Source: the human T2T-CHM13v2.0 reference genome, Homo sapiens. From it: a stretch of 64,000 bases of DNA. Shown here one piece after another: positions 11,501-26,500 of the stretch (position 1 is the first letter of the stretch; each line of letters opens with the position of its first letter). Made by a program: the position numbers and the translations under genes. Below the pieces are notes generated by a model. It saw nothing but the letters and a program-made list of their open reading frames with translations, did no database searches and was not told the DNA's origin. The stretch lies in assembly GCF_009914755.1 (NCBI RefSeq), contig NC_060941.1; one strand, 5' to 3'.

Positions 11501-14500
11501 TAGCTTCATATAAAAGCTAGACAGTAGCATTCACAGAAAACTCTTGGTGACGACTGAGTTTAACTCACAGAGCTGAACATTCCTTTGGATGGAGCAGTTT
11601 CGAAACACACTATTTGTAGAATGTGCAAGTGGATATTTGGGCCTCTCTGAGGATTTCGTTGGAAACGGGATAAACCGCACAGAACTAAACAGAAGCATTC
11701 TCAGAACCTTCTTCGTGATGTTTGCATTCAACTCACAGTGTTGAACCTTTCTTTGATAGTTCAGGTTTGAAACGGTCTTTCTGTAGAAACTGCAAGTAGA
11801 TATTTGGACCTCTCTGAGGATTTCGTTGGAAACGGGATAAACCGCACAGAACTAAAACAGAAGCATTCTCAGAACCCTCTTCGTGATGTTTGCATTCAAC
11901 TCACAGTGCTGAACCTTTCTTTGATAGTTCAGCTTTGAAACACTCTTTTTGTAGAAACTGCAAGTGAATATTTGGTCCTCTCTGAGGATTTCGTTGGAAA
12001 CGGGATAAAACGCACAGAACTAAACAGAAGCATTCTCAGAACCTTCTTCGTGATGTCTGCATTCAACACAAAGTGTGGAACCTTTCTTTGATAGTTCAGG
12101 TTTTAAAAACTCTTTTTGTAGAAACTGCAAGGGGATAATTGCACTCTTTGAGGAGTACCGTAGTAAAGGAAATAACTTCCTATAAAAAGAAGACAGAAGC
12201 TTTCTCAGAAAATTCTTTGGGATGATTGAGTTGAACTCACAGAGCTGAGCATTCCTTGCGATGTAGCAGTTTAGAAACACACTTTCTGCAGAATCTGCAA
12301 GTGCATATTTGGACCTCTCTGAGGAATTCGTTGGAAACGGGATAATTTCAGCTGACTAAACAGAAGCAGTCTCAGAATCTTCTTTGTGATGTTTGCATTC
12401 AAATCCCAGAGTTGAACTTTCCTTTCAAAGTTCACGTTTGAAACACTCTTTTTGCAGGATCTACAAGTGGATATTTGGACCACTCTGTGTCCTTCGTTCG
12501 AAACGGGTATATCTTCACATGACATCTAGACAGAAGCATTCTCAGAAGCTTCTCTGTGATGACTGCATTCAACTCACGGAGTTGAACACTCCTTTTGAGA
12601 GCGCAGTTTTGAAACTCTCTTTCTGTGGCATCTGCAAGGGGACATGTAGACCTCTTTGAAGATTTCGTTGGAAACGGAATCATCTTCACATAAAAACTAT
12701 ACAGATGCATTCTCAGGAACTTTTTGGTGATGTTTGTATTCAACTCCCAGAGTTGAACTTTCCTTTGGAAAGAGCAGCTATGAAACACTCTTTTTCTAGA
12801 ATCTGCAAGTGGACGTTTGGAGGGCTTTGTGGTTTGTGGTGGAAAAGGAAATATCTTCACCTAAATACTAGATAGAAGCATTCTCAGAAACTGCTTTGTG
12901 ATGATTGCATTCACCTCACAGAGTTGAACATTCCTATTGATAGAGCAGTTTGGAAACACTCTTGTTGTGGAATGTGCAAGTGGAGATTTGGAGCGCTTTG
13001 AGGCCTATGGTAGTAAAGGGAAGAGCTTCATAGAAAAACTAGACAGAAGCATTCTCAGAAAATACTTTGTGATGATTGAGTTTAACTCACAGAGCTGAAC
13101 ATTCCTTTGGATGGAGCAGGTTTGAGACACACTTTTTGTAGAATCTACAAGTGGATATTTGGACCTCTCTGAGGATTTCATTGGAAACGCGATAACTGCA
13201 CCTAACTAAACGGAAGCATTCTCAGAAACTTCTTGGTGATGTTTGCATTCAAATCCCAGAGTTGAACCTTCCTGTGATAGTTCAGGTTTGAAACACTCTT
13301 TTTGTAGGATCTTCAAGTGGATATTTGGACCACTCTGTGGCCTTCGTTCGAAACGGGTACATCTTCACATAAAATCTAGACAGAAGCCTTCTCAGAAACT
13401 TCTCTGTGATGATTGCATTCAACTCACAGGTTTGAACCCTCCTATGGATAGAGCAGTGTTGAAACTCTCTTTTTGTGGAATCTGCAAGTGGATATGTGGA
13501 CCTCTCCGAAGATGTCTTTGGAAACGGGAATATCTTCACATAAAAACTAAACAGAAGCATTCTCAGAAACTTCTCTGTGATGTTTGTGTTCAACTCCCAG
13601 AGTTTCACATTGCTTTTCATAGAGTAGTTCTGAAACATGCTTTTCGTAGTGTCTGCAAGTGGACATTTGGAGCGCTTTCAGGCCTGTGGTGCAAAACGAA
13701 TTATGGTCCCATAAAAACTGGAGAGAAGCATTGTCAGAAACTTCTTTGTGATGATTGCATTCAACTCACAGAGATGAAGGTTCCTTTTCAAACAGCAGTT
13801 TCCAAACACTCTTTCTGTGGAATCTGCAAGTGGATATTTGGATCTCTTTGAAGATTTCGTTGGAAACGGGAGAATCTTCACAGAAAAGCTAAACAGAAGC
13901 ATTCTCAGAAACTTCTTTGTGATGCTTGCATTCAACTCACAGAGTTGAACTTTCCTTTCGAGAGAGAAGCTTTGAAACACTCTTTTTCCAGAATCTGCAA
14001 GTGGACATTTGGAGGGCTTTGAGGCCTGTGGTAGAAAAGGAATTAACTTCCCGTAAAAGCTAGATAGAAGCATTCTCAGAAACTACTTTGTGATGATTGC
14101 ATTCAAGTCACAGAGTTGAACATTCCCTTTGACAGAGCAGTTTGGAAACTCTCTTTCTGTAGAATCTGCAAGTGGAGATATGGACCGCTTTGAGGCCTAT
14201 GGTAGTAAAGGAAATAGCTTCATATAAAAGCTAGACAGTAGCATTCACAGAAAACACTTGGTGACGACTGAGTTTAACTCACAGAGCTGAACATTCCTTT
14301 GGATGGAGCAGTTTCGAAACACACTATTTGTAGAATGTGCAAGTGGATATTTGGGCCTCTCTGAGGATTTCGTTGGAAACGGGATAAACCGCACAGAACT
14401 AAACAGAAGCATTCTCAGAACCTTCTTCGTGATGTTTGCATTCAACTCACAGTGTTGAACCTTTCTTTGATAGTTCAGGTTTGAAACGGTCTTTCTGTAG

Positions 14501-17500
14501 AAACTGCAAGTAGATATTTGGACCTCTCTGAGGATTTCGTTGGAAACGGGATAAACCGCACAGAACTAAAACAGAAGCATTCTCAGAACCCTCTTCGTGA
14601 TGTTTGCATTCAACTCACAGTGCTGAACCTTTGTTTGATAGTTCAGCTTTGAAACACTCTTTTTGTAGAAACTGCAAGTGAATATTTGGTCCTCTCTGAG
14701 GATTTCGTTGGAAACGGGATAAAACGCACAGAACTAAACAGAAGCATTCTCAGAACCTTCTTCGTGATGTCTGCATTCAACACAAAGTGTGGAACCTTTC
14801 TTTGATAGTTCAGGTTTTAAAAACTCTTTTTGTAGAAACTGCAAGGGGATAATTGCACTCTTTGAGGAGTACCTTAGTAAAGGAAATAACTTCCTATAAA
14901 AAGAAGACAGAAGCTTTCTCAGAAAATTCTTTGGGATGATTGAGTTGAACTCACAGAGCTGAGCATTCCTTGCGATGTAGCAGTTTAGAAACACACTTTC
15001 TGCAGAATCTGCAAGTGCATATTTGGACCTCTCTGAGGAATTCGTTGGAAACGGGATAATTTCAGCTGACTACACAGAAGCAGTCTCAGAATCTTCTTTG
15101 TGATGTTTGCATTCAAATCCCAGAGTTGAACTTTCCTTTCAAAGTTCACGTTTGAAACACTCTTTTTGCAGGATCTACAAGTGGATATTTGGACCACTCT
15201 GTGTCCTTCGTTCGAAACGGGTATATCTTCACATGACATCTAGACAGAAGCATTCTCAGAAGCTTCTCTGTGATGACTGCATTCAACTCACGGAGTTGAA
15301 CACTCCTTTTGAGAGCGCAGTTTTGAAACTCTCTTTCTGTGGCATCTACAAGGGGACATGTAGACCTCTTTGAAGATTTCTTTGGAAACGGAATCATCTT
15401 CACATAAAAACTATACAGATGCATTCTCAGGAACTTTTTGGTGATGTTTGTATTCAACTCCCAGAGTTGAACTTTCCTTTGGAAAGAGCAGCTATGAAAC
15501 ACTCTTTTTCTAGAATCTGCAAGTGGACGTTTGGAGGGCTTTGTGGTTTGTGGTGGAAAAGGAAATATCTTCACCTAAATACTAGATAGAAGCATTCTCA
15601 GAAACTGCTTTGTGATGATTGCATTCACCTCACAGAGTTGAACATTCCTATTGATAGAGCAGTTTGGAAACACTCTTGTTGTGGAATGTGCAAGTGGAGA
15701 TTTGGAGCGCTTTGAGGCCTATGGTAGTAAAGGGAATAGCTTCATAGAAAAACTAGACAGAAGCATTCTCAGAAAATACTTTGTGATGATTGAGTTTAAC
15801 TCACAGAGCTGAACATTCCTTTGGATGGAGCAGGTTTGAGACACACTTTTTGTAGAATCTACAAGTGGATATTTGGACCTCTCTGAGGATTTCGTTGGAA
15901 ACGCGATAACTCCACCTAACTAAACGGAAGAATTCTCAGAAACTTCTTGGTGATGTTTGCATTCAAATCCCAGAGTTGAACCTTCCTGTGATAGTTCAGG
16001 TTTGAAACACTCTTTTTGTAGGATCTTCAAGTGGATATTTGGACCACTCTGTGGCCTTCGTTCGAAACGGGTACATCTTCACATAAAATCTAGACAGAAG
16101 CCTTCTCAGAAACTTCTCTGTGATGATTGCATTCAACTCACAGATTTGAACCCTCCTATGGATAGAGCATTGTTGAAACTCTCTTTTTGTGGAATCTGCA
16201 AGTGGATATGTGGACCTCTCCGAAGATGTCTTTGGAAACGGGAATATCTTCACATAAAAACTAAACAGAAGCATTCTCAGAAACTTCTCTGTGATGTTTG
16301 TGTTCAACTCCCAGAGTTTCACATTGCTTTTCATAGAGAAGTTCTGAAACATGCTTTTCGTAGTGTCTACAAGTGGACATTTGGAGCGCTTTCAGGCCTG
16401 TGGTGGAAAACGAATTATGGTCCCATAAAAACTGGAGAGAAGTATTGTCAGAAACTTCTTTGTGATGATTGCATTCAACTCACAGAGATGAAGGTTCCTT
16501 TACAAACAGCAGTTTCCAAACACTCTTTCTGTGGAATCTGCAAGTGGATATTTGGACCTCTTTGAAGATTTCGTTGGAAACGGGAGAATCTTCACAGAAA
16601 AGCTAAACAGAAGCATTCTCAGAAACTTCTTTGTGATGCTTGCATTCAACTCACAGAGTTGAACTTTCCTTTCGAGAGAGAAGCTTTGAAACACTCTTTT
16701 CCAGAATCTGCAAGTGGACATTTGGAGGGCTTTGAGGCCTGTGGTGGAAAAGGAATTATCTTCCCGTAAAAGCTAGATAGAAGCATTCTCAGAAACTACT
16801 TTGTGATGATTGCATTCAAGTCACAGAGTTGAACATTCCCTTTGACAGAGCAGTTTGGAAACTCTCTTTGTGTAGAATCTGCAAGTGGAGATATGGACCG
16901 CTTTGAGGCCTATGGTAGTAAAGGAAATAGCTTCATATAAAAGCTAGACAGTAGCATTCACAGAAAACTCTTGGTGACGAATGAGTTTAACTCACAGAGC
17001 TGAACATTCCTTTGGATGGAGCAGTTTCGAAACACACTATTTGTAGAATGTGCAAGTGGATATTTGGGCCTCTCTGAGGATTTCGTTGGAAACGGGATAA
17101 ACCGCACAGAACTAAACAGAAGCATTCTCAGAACCTTCTTCGTGATGTTTGCATTCAACTCACAGTGTTGAACCTTTCTTTGATAGTTCAGGTTTGAAAC
17201 GGTCTTTCTGTAGAAACTGCAAGTAGATATTTGGACCTCTCTGAGGATTTCGTTGGAAACGGGATAAACCGCACAGAACTAAAACAGAAGCATTCTCAGA
17301 ACCCTCTTCGTGATGTTTGCATTCAACTCACAGTGCTGAACCTTTCTTTGATAGTTCAGCTTTGAAACACTCTTTTTGTAAAAACTGCAAGTGAATATTT
17401 GGTCCTCTCTGAGGATTTCGTTGGAAACGGGATAAAACGCACAGAACTAAACAGAAGCATTCTCAGAACCTTCTTCGTGATGTCTGCATTCAACTCAAAG

Positions 17501-20500
17501 TGTGGAACCTTTCTTTGATAGTTCAGGTTTTAAAAACTCTTTTTGTAGAAACTGCAAGGGGATAATTGCACTCTTTGAGGAGTACCGTAGTAAAGGAAAT
17601 AACTTCCTATAAAAAGAAGACAGAAGCTTTCTCAGAAAATTCTTTGGGATGATTGAGTTGAACTCACAGAGCTGAGCATTCCTTGCGATGTAGCAGTTTA
17701 GAAACACACTTTCTGCAGAATCTGCAAGTGCATATGTGGACCTCTCTGAGGAATTCGTTGGAAACAGGATAATTTCAGCTGACTAAACAGAAGCAGTCTC
17801 ATAATCTTCTTTGTGATGTTTGCATTCAAATCCCAGAGTTGAACTTTCCTTTCAAAGTTCACGTTTGAAACACTCTTTTTGCAGGATCTACAAGTGGATA
17901 TTTGGACCACTCTGTGTCTTTCGTTCGAAACGGGTATATCTTCACATGACATCTAGACAGAAGCATTCTCAGAAGCTTCTCTGTGATGACTGCATTCAAC
18001 TCACGGAGTTGAACACTCCTTTTGAGAGCGCAGTTTTGAAACTCTCTTTCTGTGGCATCTGCAAGGGGACATGTAGACCTCTTTGAAGATTTCGTTGGAA
18101 ACGGAATCATCTTCACATAAAAACTATACAGATGCATTCTCAGGAACTTTTTGGTGACGTTTGTATTCAACTCCCAGACTTGAACTTTCCTTTGGAAAGA
18201 GCAGCTATGAAACACTCTTTTTCTAGAATCTGCAAGTGGACGTTTGGAGGGCTTTGTGGTTTGTGGTGGAAAAGGAAATATCTTCACCTAAATACTAGAT
18301 AGAAGCATTCTCAGGAACTGCTTTGTGATGATTGCATTCACCTCACAGAGTTGAACATTCCTATTGATAGAGCAGTTTGGAAACACTCTTGTTGTGGAAT
18401 GTGCAAGTGGAGATTTGGAGCGCTTTGAGGCCTATGGTAGTAAAGGGAATAGCTCCATAGAAAAGCTAGAGAGAAGCATTCTCAGAAAATACTTTGTGAT
18501 GATTGAGTTGAACTCTCAGAGCTGAACATTCCTTTGGATGGAGCAGGTTTGAGACACACTTTTTGTAGAATATACAAGTAGATATTTGGACCTCTCTGAG
18601 GATTTCGTTGGAAACGCGATAACTGCACCTAACTAAACGGAAGCATTCTCAGAATCTTCTTGGTGATGTTTGCATTCAAATCCCAGAGTTGAACCTTCCT
18701 TTGATAGTTCAGGTTTGAAACACTCTTTTTGTATGATCTGCAAGTGGATATTTGGACCACTCTGTGGCCTTCTTTCGAAACGGGTATATCTTCGCATAAA
18801 ATCTAGACAGAAGCCTTCTCAGAAACTTCTCTGTGATGACTGCATTCAACTCACAGAGTTGAACCCTCCTATGGATAGAGCAGTGTTGAAACTCTCTTTT
18901 TGTGGAATCTGCAAGTGGATATGTGGACCTCTCCGAAGATGTCTTTGGAAACGGGAATATCTTCACATAAAAACTAAACAGAAGCATTCTCAGAAACTTC
19001 TCTGTGATGTTTGTGTTCAACTCCCAGAGTTTCACATTGCTTTTCATAGAGTAGTTCTGAAACATGCTTTTCGTAGTGTCTGCAAGTGGACATTTGGAGC
19101 GCTTTCAGGCCTGTGGTGGAAAACGAATTATGGACCCATAAAAACTGGAGAGAAGCATTGTCAGAAACTTCTTTGTGATGATTGCATTCAACTCACAGAG
19201 ATGAAGGTTCCTTTACAAACAGCAGTTTCCAAACACTCTTTCTGTGGAATCTGCAAGTGGATATTTGGACCTCTTTGAAGATTTCGTTGGAAACGGGAGA
19301 ATCTTCACAGAAAAGCTAAACAGAAGCATTCTCAGAAACTTCTTTGTGATGCTTGCATTCAACTCACAGAGTTGAACTTTCCTTTCGAGAGAGAAGCTTT
19401 GAAACACTCTTTTTCCAGAATCTGCAAGTGGACATTTGGAGGGCTTTGAGGCCTGTGGTGGAAAAGGAATTATCTTCCCGTAAAAGCTAGATAGAACCAT
19501 TCTCAGAAACTACTTTGTGATGATTGCATTCAAGTCACAGAGTTGAACATTCCCTTTGACAGAGCAGTTTGGAAACTCTCTTTGTGTAGAATCTGCAAGT
19601 GGAGATATGGACCGCTTTGAGGCCTATGGTAGTAAAGGAAATAGCTTCATATAAAAGCTAGACAGTAGCATTCACAGAAAACTCTTGGTGACGACTGAGT
19701 TTAACTCACAGAGCTGAACATTCCTTTGGATGGAGCAGTTTCGAAACACACTATTTGTAGAATGTGCAAGTGGATATTTGGGCCTCTCTGAGGATTTCGT
19801 TGGAAATGGGATAAACCGCACAGAACTAAACAGAAGCATTCTCAGAACCTTCTTCGTGATGTTTGCATTCAACTCACAGTGTTGAACCTTTCTTTGATAG
19901 TTCAGGTTTGAAACGGTCTTTCTGTAGAAACTGCAAGTAGATATATGGACCTCTCTGAGGATTTCGTTGGAAACGGGATAACCCGCACAGAACTAAAACA
20001 GAAGCATTCTCAGAACCCTCTTCGTGATGTTTGCATTCAACACACAGTGCTGAACCTTTCTTTGATAGTTCAGCTTTGAAACACTCTTTTTGTAGAAACT
20101 GCAAGTGGATATTTGGTCCTCTCTGACGATTTCGTTGGAAATGGGATAAAACGCACAGAACGAAACAGAAGCATTCTCAGAACCTTCTTCGTGATGTCTG
20201 CATTCAACTCAAAGTGTGGAACCTTTCTTTGATAGTTCAGGTTTTAAAAACTCTTTTTGTAGAAACTGCAAGGGGATAATTGCACTCTTTGAGGAGTACC
20301 GTAGTAAAGGAAATAACTTCCTATAAAAAGAAGACAGAAGCTTTCTCAGAAAATTCTTTGGGATGATTGAGTTGAACTCACAGAGCTGAGCATTCCTTGC
20401 GATGTAGCAGTTTAGAAACACACTTTCTGCAGAATCTGCAAGTGCATATTTGGACCTCTCTGAGGAATTCGTTGGAAACGGGATAATTTCAGCTGACTAA

Positions 20501-23500
20501 ACAGAAGCAGTCTCAGAATCTTCTTTGTGATGTTTGCATTCAAATCCCAGAGTTGAACTTTCCTTTCAAAGTTCACGTTTGAAACACTCTTTTTGCAGGA
20601 TCTACAAGTGGATATTTGGACCACTCTGTGTCCTTCGTTCGAAACGGGTATATCTTCACATGACATCTAGACAGAAGCATTCTCAGAAGCTTCTCTGTGA
20701 TGACTGCATTCAACTCACGGAGTTGAACACTCCTTTTGAGAGCGCAGTTTTGAAACTCTCTTTCTGTGGCATCTACAAGGGGACATGTAGACCTCTTTGA
20801 AGATTTCGTTGGAAACGGAATCATCTTCACATAAAAACTATACAGATGCATTCTCAGGAACTTTTTGGTGATGTTTGTATTCAACTCCCAGAGTTCAACT
20901 TTCCTTTGGAAAGAGCAGCTATGAAACACTCTTTTTCTAGAATCTGCAAGTGGACGTTTGGAGGGCTTTGCGGTTTGTGGTGGAAAAGGAAATATCTTCA
21001 CCTAAATACTAGATAGAAGCATTCTCAGAAACTGCTTTGTGATGATTGCATTCACCTCACAGAGTTGAACATTCCTATTGATAGAGCAGTTTGGAAACAC
21101 TCTTGTTGTGGAATGTGCAAGTGGAGATTTGGAGCGCTTTGGGGTCTATGGTAGTAAAGGGAATAGCTTCATAGAAAAACTAGACAGAAGCATTCTCAGA
21201 AAATACTTTGTGATGATTGAGTTGAACTCACAGAGCTGAACATTCCTTTGGATGGAGCAGGTTTGAGACACACTTTTTGCAGAATCTACAAGTGGATATT
21301 TGGACCTCTCTGAGGATTTCGTTGGAAACGGGATAACTGCACCTAACTAAACGGAAGCATTCTCAGAAACTTCTTGGTGATGTTTGCATTCAAATCCCAG
21401 AGTTGAACCTTCCTTTGATAGTTCAGGTTTGAAACACTCTTTTTGTAGGATCTGCAAGTGGATATTTGGACCACTCTGTGGCCTTCGTTCGAAACGGGTA
21501 TATCTTCGCATAAAATCTAGACAGAAGCCTTCTCAGAAACTTCTCTGTGATGATTGCATTCAACTCACAGAGTTGAACCCTCCTATGGATAGAGCAGTGT
21601 TGAAACTCTCTTTTTGTGGAATCTGCAAGTGGATATGTGGACCTCTCCGAAGATGTCTTTGGAAACGGGAATATCTTCACATAAAAACTAAACAGAAGCA
21701 TTCTCAGAAACTTCTCTGTGATGTTTGTGTTCAACTCCCAGAGTTTCACATTGCTTTTCATAGAGTAGTTCTGAAACATGCTTTTCGTAGTGTCTACAAG
21801 TGGACATTTGGAGCGCTTTCAGGCCTGTGGTGGAAAACGAATTATGGTCACATAAAAACTGGAGAGAAGCATTGTCAGAAACTTCTTTGTGATGATTGCA
21901 TTCAACTCACAGAGTTGAAGGTTCCTTTTCAAAGAGCAGTTTCCAATCACTCTTTCTGTGGAATCTGCAAGTGGATATTTGGACCTCTTTGAAGATTTCG
22001 TTGGAAACGGGAGAATCTTCACAGAAAAGCTAAACAGAAGCATTCTCAGAAACTTCTTTGTGATGCTTGCATTCAACTCACAGAGTTGAACTTTCCTTTC
22101 GAGAGAGAAGCTTTGAAACACTCTTTTCCAGAATCTGCAAGTGGACATTTGGAGGGCATTGAGGCCTGTGGTGGAAAAGGAATTATCTTCCCGTAAAAGC
22201 TAGACAGAAGCATTCTCAGAAACTACTTTGTGATGATTGCATTCAAGTCACAGACTTGAACATTCCCTTTGACAGAGCAGTTTGGAAACTCTCTTTGTGT
22301 AGAATCTGCAAGTGGAGATATGGACCGCTTTGAGGCCTATGGTAGTAAAGGAAATAGCTTCATATAAAAGCTAGACAGTAGCATTCACAGAAAACTCTTG
22401 GTGACGACTGAGTTTAACTCACAGAGCTGAACATTCCTTTGGATGGAGCAGTTTCGAAACACACTATTTGTAGAATGTGCAAGTGGATATTTGGGCCTCT
22501 CTGAGGATTTCGTTGGAAACGGGATAAACCGCACAGAACTAAACAGAAGCATTCTCAGAACCTTCTTCGTGATGTTTGCATTCAACTCACAGTGTTGAAC
22601 CTTTCTTTGATAGTTCAGGTTTGAAACGGTCTTTCTGTAGAAACTGCAAGTAGATATTTGGACCTCTCTGAGGATTTCGTTGGAAACGGGATAACCCGCA
22701 CAGAACTAAAACAGAAGCATTCTCAGAACCCTCTTCGTGATGTTTGCATTCAACTCACAGTGCTGAACCTTTCTTTGATAGTTCAGCTTTGAAACACTCT
22801 TCTTGTAGAAACTGCAAGTGGATATTTGGTCCTCTCTGAGGATTTCGTTGGAAACGGGATAAACTGCACAGAACTAAACAGAAGCATTCTCAGAACCTTC
22901 TTCGTGATGTCTGCATTCAACTCACAGTGTGGAACCTTTCTTTGATAGTTCAGGTTTGAAACACTCTTTTTGTAGAAACTGCAAGGGGATAATTGCACTC
23001 TTTGAGGAGTACCGTAGTAAAGGAAATAACTTCCTATAAAAAGAAGACAGAAGCTTTCTCAGAAAATTCTTTGGGATGATTGAGTTGAACTCACAGAGCT
23101 GAGCATTCCTTGCGATGTAGCAGTTTAGAAACACACTTTCTGCAGAATCTGCAAGTGCATATTTGGACCTCTGTGAGGAATTCGTTGGAAACGGGATAAT
23201 TTCAGCTGACTAAACAGAAGCAGTCTCAGAATCTTCTTTGTGATGTTTGCATTCAAATCACCGAGTTGAACTTTCCTTTCAAAGTTCACGTTTGAAACAC
23301 TCTTTTTGCGGGATCTACAAGTGGATATTTGGACCACTCTGTGTCCTTCGTTCGAAACGGGTATATCTTCACATGACATCTAGACAGAAGCATTCTCAGA
23401 AGCTTCTCTGTGATGACTGCATTCAACTCACGGAGTTGAACACTCCTTTTGAGAGCGCAGTTTTGAAACTCTCTTTCTGTGGCATCTGCAAGGGGACATG

Positions 23501-26500
23501 TAGACCTCTTTGAAGATTTCGTTGGAAACGGAATCATCTTCACATAAAAACTATACAGATGCATTCTCAGGAACTTTTTGGTGATGTTTGTATTCAACTC
23601 CCAGAGTTGAACTTTCCTTTGGAAAGAGCAGCTATGAAACACTCTTTTTCTAGAATCTGCAAGTGGACGTTTGGAGGGCTTTGTGGTTTGTGGTGGAAAA
23701 GGAAATATCTTCACCTAAATACTAGATAGAAGCATTCTCAGAAACTGCTTTGTGATGATTGCATTCACCTCACAGAGTTGAACATTCCTATTGATAGAGC
23801 AGTTTGGAAACACTCTTGTTGTGGAATGTGCAAGTGGAGATTTGGAGCGCTTTGAGGCCTATGGTAGTAAAGGGAATAGCTTCATAGAAAAACTAGACAG
23901 AAGCATTCTCAGAAAATACTTTGTGATGATTGAGTTTAACTCACAGAGCTGAACATTCCTTTGGATGGAGCAGGTTTGAGACACACATTTGTAGAATCTA
24001 CAAGTGGATATTTGGACCTCTCTGAGGATTTCGTTGGAAACGCGACAACTGCACCTAACTAAACGGAAGCATTCTCAGAAACTTCTTGGTGATGTTTGCA
24101 TTCAAATCCCAGAGTTGAACCTTCCTTTGATAGTTCAGGTTTGAAACACTCTTTTTGTAGGATCTGCAAGTGGATATTTGGACCACTCTGTGGCCTTCGT
24201 TCGAAACGGGTATATCTTCGCATAAAATCTAGACAGAAGCCTTCTCAGAAACTTCTCTGTGATGATTGCATTCAACTCACAGAGTTGAACCCTCCTATGG
24301 ATAGAGCAGTGTTGAAACTCTCTTTTTGTGGAATCTGCAAGTGGATATGTGGACCTCTCCGAAGATGTCTTTGGAAACGGGAATATCTTCACATAAAAAC
24401 TAAACAGAAGCATTCTCAGAAACTTCTCTGTGATGTTTGTGTTCAACTCCCAGAGTTTCACATTGCTTTTCATAGAGTAGTTCTGAAATATGCTTTTCGT
24501 AGTGTCTACAAGTGGACATTTGGAGCGCTTTCAGGCCTGTGGTGGAAAACGAATTATGGTCACATAAAAACTGGAGAGAAGCATTGTCAGAAACTTCTTT
24601 GTGATGATTGCATTCAACTCACAGAGTTGAAGGTTCCTTTTCAAAGAGCAGTTTCCAATCACTCTTTCTGTGGAATCTGCAAGTGGATATTTGGACCTCT
24701 TTGAAGATTTCGTTGGAAACGGGAGAACCTTCACAGAAAAGCTAAACAGAAGCATTCTCAGAAACTTCTTTGTGATGCTTGCATTCAACTCACAGAGTTG
24801 AACTTTCCTTTCCAGAGAGAAGCTTTGAAACACTCTTTTCCAGAATCTGCAAGTGGACATTTGGAGGGCATTGAGGCCTGTGGTGGAAAAGGAATTATCT
24901 TCCCGTAAAAGCTAGACAGAAGCATTCTCAGAAACTACTTTGTGATGACTGCATTCAAGTCACAGACTTGAACATTCCCTTTGACAGAGCAGTTTGGAAA
25001 CTCTCTTTGTGTAGAATCTGCAAGTGGAGATATGGACCGCTTTGAGGCCTATGGTAGTAAAGGAAATAGCTTCATATAAAGGCTAGACAGTAGCATTCAC
25101 AGAAAACTCTTGGTGACGACTGAGTTTAACTCACAGAGCTGAACATTCCTTTGGATGGAGCAGTTTCGAAACACACTATTTGTAGAATGTGCAAGTGGAT
25201 ATTTGGGCCTCTCTGAGGATTTCGTTGGAAACGGGATAAACCGCACAGAACTAAACAGAAGCATTCTCAGAACCTTCTTCGTGATGTTTGCATTCAACTC
25301 ACAATGTTGAACCTTCCTTTCATAGTTCAGGTTTGAAACGGTCTTTCTGTAGAAACTGCAAGTAGATATTTGGACCTCTCTGAGGATTTCGTTGGAAACG
25401 GGATAAACCGCACAGAACTAAAACAGAAGCATTCTCAGAACCCTCTTCGTGATGTTTGCATTCAACTCACAGTGCTGAACCTTTCTTTGATAGTTCAGCT
25501 TTGAAACACTCTTTTTGTAGAAACTGCAAGTGGATATTTGGTCCTCTCTGAGGATTTCGTTGGAAACGGGATAAAACGCACAGAACTAAACAGAAGCATT
25601 CTCAGAACCTTCTTCGTGATGTCTGCATTCAACTCAAAGTGTGGAACCATTCTTTGATAGTTCAGGTTTTAAAAACTCTTTTCGTAGAAACTGCAAGGGG
25701 ATAATTGCACTCTTTGAGGGTACCGTAGTAAAGAAAATAACTTCCTATAAAAAGAAGACAGAAGCTTTCTCAGAAAATTCTTTGGGATGATTGAGTTGAA
25801 CTCACAGAGCTGAGTATTCCTTGCGATGTAGCAGTTTAGAAACACACTTTCTGCAGAATCTGCAAGTGCATATTTGGACCTCTCTGAGGAATTCGTTGGA
25901 AACGGGATAATTTCAGCTGACTAAACAGAAGCAGTCTCAGAATCTTCTTTGTGATGTTTGCATTCAAATCCCAGAGTTGAACTTTCCTTTCAAAGTTCAC
26001 GTTTGAAACACTCTTTTTGCAGGATCTACAAGTGGATATTTGGACCACTCTGTGTCCTTCGTTCGAAACGGGTATATCTTCACATGACATCTAGACAGAA
26101 GCATTCTCAGAAGCTTCTCTGTGATGACTGCATTCAACTCACGGAGTTGAACACTCCTTTTGAGAGCGCAGTTTTGAAACTCTCTTTCTGTGGCATCTAC
26201 AAGGGGACATGTAGACCTCTTTGAAGATTTCGTTGGAAACGGAATCATCTTCACATAAAAACTATACAGATGCATTCTCAGGAACTTTTTGGTGATGTTT
26301 GTATTCAACTCCCAGAGTTCAACTTTCCTTTGGAAAGAGCAGCTATGAAACACTCTTTTTCTAGAATCTGCAAGTGGACGTTTGGAGGGCTTTGCGGTTT
26401 GTGGTGGAAAAGGAAATATCTTCACCTAAATACTAGATAGAAGCATTCTCAGAAACTGCTTTGTGATGATTGCATTCACCTCACAGAGTTGAACATTCCT

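Noticed and set aside
13243-13851. 202-aa Cys/His/Lys-rich ORF superficially like a zinc-finger repeat protein
   Set aside because: It lacks C2H2 spacing and the TGEKP linker in proper context, starts at TTG, and is truncated by a TGA/CGA polymorphism in the first four copies.
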